From Eledone cirrhosa (taxonomy: Eukaryota): 64,000 bases of DNA. Positions 48,109 to 64,000 of the stretch are shown here, piece after piece. Position 1 is the first letter of the stretch; every line of letters begins with the position of its first letter. Location: assembly GCA_964016885.1 (NCBI GenBank), contig OZ024748.1:2418001-2482000 (forward strand), read 5' to 3'. Made by a program: the position numbers and the translations under genes. The notes below the pieces were generated by a model, which saw nothing but the letters and a program-made list of their open reading frames with translations, ran no database searches and had not been told where the DNA came from.

Positions 48109-51100
48109 TATTATTTTTGTTGTTTTTTTTTAACAGTCAAAGGGGGAAAAGAATGACTAATAACGCTTGCATCTGATTAATATTCAATATGATTGATTAC
48201 ATTATGAAAATTATATTGATAAACAATTCACCAAATTCCATTTTTGAATGAGTTCTCTCTCTCTCTTGCTCATATTTTTGTTATTTCTCAGTTTTTAAAA
48301 TAATCAGATATTTTATTTTATCACAGCGCATTTTTATTTAATTTTTTTTTTATTTGATTACTATTTTTTTTTCCACTAAAAGAAAAACAAAGGCAACACT
48401 TTTACTTTTAAAAAAAAGCCAAAGGCAAGAAAGTAAAAAAAAAACTTGAGAAAGCAGATTGTCAGGTTATTTACTGTTTTATAAAAAAAAAAAGAAGAGA
48501 ATTTTTCCACTCATTAAATTTGTCTATCATGAATTCTAATACAAATGGGATGGTTACTCTATTACATGTTCCAGCCAAGGGAGCTGAGGCCATGCTGGGG
48601 CACCGCCGTTGTCTAAAATTAGCACCAATGTTCTGTATTATTTTCCCTAAACGATTTGTCAAATGTTCTCAGTTTAAGAGGAGGAGCAAGCTATTTAGCA
48701 GGGAGAGATAGTGTCTAAAGTTTCCTGTTGTTGACTAGTCAGAAGTGAGCAAGACGTGTCCTTCTGGCCTTACCAGTAAGTTTCTCTACTAAAACAAAGC
48801 CCCAAACCCCTCCAAGATACAAGATGAATCTTATTAATTAACCCTTTAGCATTTACATTACTTGATATTTACTATTGTATTTTCATGGTAAAGGCTTTAT
48901 CACACATAATGTTGAATCTATGAGGTTTTGATATTATTTAGTATGAGTGGCCAGTTTAAACAGAAAGAGGTGAGAGAATTCTGGCTTGATACAGCTGGTT
49001 TAAATGCTAAAGGGTTAATGAATAAAACAAAGAAAAAGACACACAGACAAAGACTCTCCTTTAATTGTACTGCTTTGTTGTATTTTAGTTTATTATTATT
49101 GCCAAATTGTTGGCCTTGAGCCAATGTCAGATATTATTATTAGGGCAGTGGATTGGTAGAGTGTCAGACAACATGCTGTGTAGTATATCATTACGGCCCT
49201 TTATGTTCTGAGTTCAAATCCTGCCGAGGTTAACTTTGCCTTTCATCCTTTCGGGGGTTGATAAAATAAAGTACCAGAAACACACTGGGGTCGATTTAAT
49301 CAACTTTCCCCTCCCAAAATTGTTGGCCTTGTGCCTAAATCAGAAATCATTATTATTATTATTGCCAAATTATTGGCCTTGTGCCAATGTCAGAAAGATA
49401 GTTATTATTTCAATGCAATGTTTCTATGTTTGATCCATAAAAACCTACTTCAATACTCTATTTGTTTAATTAATAATAAGACCATCAAGGCACTCTAAAT
49501 GTTTAGCATTTATCTCAAAATTATTACCAGTGGCTCTTGGTATTAAAGTTTTATATTTACAAATACTAGCAGGGTTTTTATTAAAAAATAACTAAACCTA
49601 AATTCTTTTTTTTGATATTAATGCTTTGTGTTTCTATATTATATCAGTGCTGTTATTAATTTATTACTACACCATAAAGATAAGAACTTTCACAATATTT
49701 TACAATAAAATACACAGCTGTACTTTCTACTATTCAAGAGTAAATAAATAAATTGGTATAATAATCAAACCTATATAGACAATAGTATTTGCTTGATTTT
49801 TCTTTGCTTATCAATAATTTACACTTTTTTTTTTTCTTTTACTTGTTTCAGTCATTTGACATGCATCCCTGTTGGGTCCGAGTCTGAAAGGGATTTAGTC
49901 GGTCATATCGACCCCAGTATATATATTTTTTTTTCTTTGTAAAGTCTAGTTCTTATTTTATCAATCTGTTTGTTAAACTGCTAAGTTACAGACAAACATC
50001 AATCAATTATTTAATGTCTTTAGTTGAAAGAAAATTACATTATTGAACTATAACGCATGGCTTAGTGGTTACAGCATTGGGCTTGCAATCGGAAGGTTGT
50101 GAGTTTGATTCTCGGACCAGTTGTTCAACCAAAAGGATGGCCTACTCAGGAAAGTAACTAGTAAGTGGCTAAGCATTCCAGAGACATGTGCAACCTTAAT
50201 ATAATTCTCAGGGAGATACAGCGGCACAAATAATGTGATAAAACTAGATCTTTGAATTACAGGTTCCGTCTATTTGACAAGCTTTCAGTTTCCATCAATG
50301 GCTTCTGTAATGTCCAGATGACCTGACTGAAGTTGATCAAGCCACAGGCTGTCCAGCTGAAAACTTCATAAACTGACTATGAAGGAGTGATGCTAGGGCT
50401 GTGAAATCTTGCATGCGTTAATTTCAACACTTAATAAATATCGTTTCTTTCTTGGGACCGTCTAACCCATGCTAGCATGGACGTTAAACGAAGATGATGA
50501 TGACAATGTTGAAAAATAAACCTCATTTGGTCAGCCTATGAAGGAGTGAGGCTAGAGCTGTGAAATCTTGCATGCATGTTTAACTTATTAATAACTGCAT
50601 TGATTTTTTCCGGAGACAACCTTGAAAAATAAGTCTCATTTGGTCATTCCATAATATCTTGGTCAGTCTATGAACATTTCGGCTGACTCATATATACTAC
50701 TATCCCCTGCGGTCACTTCTTTTCAGCCATAGCCATCTAGATGCCCCCTTTCTACAGCTCTGTTGGCCTTACTAAGCAAACGACCTGCAAATCCTCTCAA
50801 CTACCAACTTCCACTGGAATGAAATATTGTATTATTGAAGACAAAACAATCAGATAAACAATGAAGAAATAGTAAAACACTGAATAGAGATTGGTTTTAT
50901 TTACCTATTAAAGAATATTATGTTTAAATATAGGTATATATTTGTATAAGCCAGAAAGATTTGTATTCAGTATAACTGTTACTCTATGTCCATAGTAAAA
51001 TAAAATGAAAGTTTAGGGATATGGAGAAACAGTTAGAATGTTAACACCACCTTGCTTTCAATGGGATTATTGGAGTCTAAAATGTCCCTTGACCAATATG

Positions 51101-51154
51101 TTGTTTGAGGCCGAATTGACTGATAACCAATATGTTGTTTGAGATCAAACAACT

Positions 51155-63970
<12,816 letters not shown>

Positions 63971-64000
63971 CTAAAATAAAAAAAGCAACAAAGGACTGAA

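Overview
AT-rich eukaryotic genomic DNA, dense in microsatellites and transposons. Its repeat complement (tRNA-head SINEs resembling the octopus OK/OR SINEs, RTE and CR1 LINE tails, TTAA-CCCTTT MITEs) points to a cephalopod/octopod; this is an inference. Three spliced housekeeping genes occupy the right third: TMEM42 (minus, 3 exons, 156 aa), head-to-head with EMC8/9 (plus, 5 exons, 206 aa), which is tail-to-tail with the last 18 coding exons of COPA (minus; the 5' end lies outside the window). The left ~38 kb has no confident protein-coding exon and may be a large first intron of a leftward gene starting near 29.5 kb. It contains three long minisatellites, a decayed Chapaev3-like (CMC) DNA transposon with TIRs, a non-autonomous Helitron, hAT/mariner/piggyBac-like MITEs, and a full-length 5S rRNA copy fused directly to an RTE-type 3' tail (candidate SINE3 or chimera). 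The most striking unannotated signal is a population of minimal type-I hammerhead ribozyme motifs (CUGAUGA...GAAA...UH). Four look near-intact and about ten are decayed. They come from several different sequence families and most are embedded in or next to long inverted repeats, the signature of Penelope-like elements/retrozymes. One lies sense-oriented just downstream of a ~190-bp-arm foldback in the TMEM42 3' region. Nearly all ORFs in the supplied track are artefacts of simple repeats. All family assignments are from motif recognition; no searches were run.
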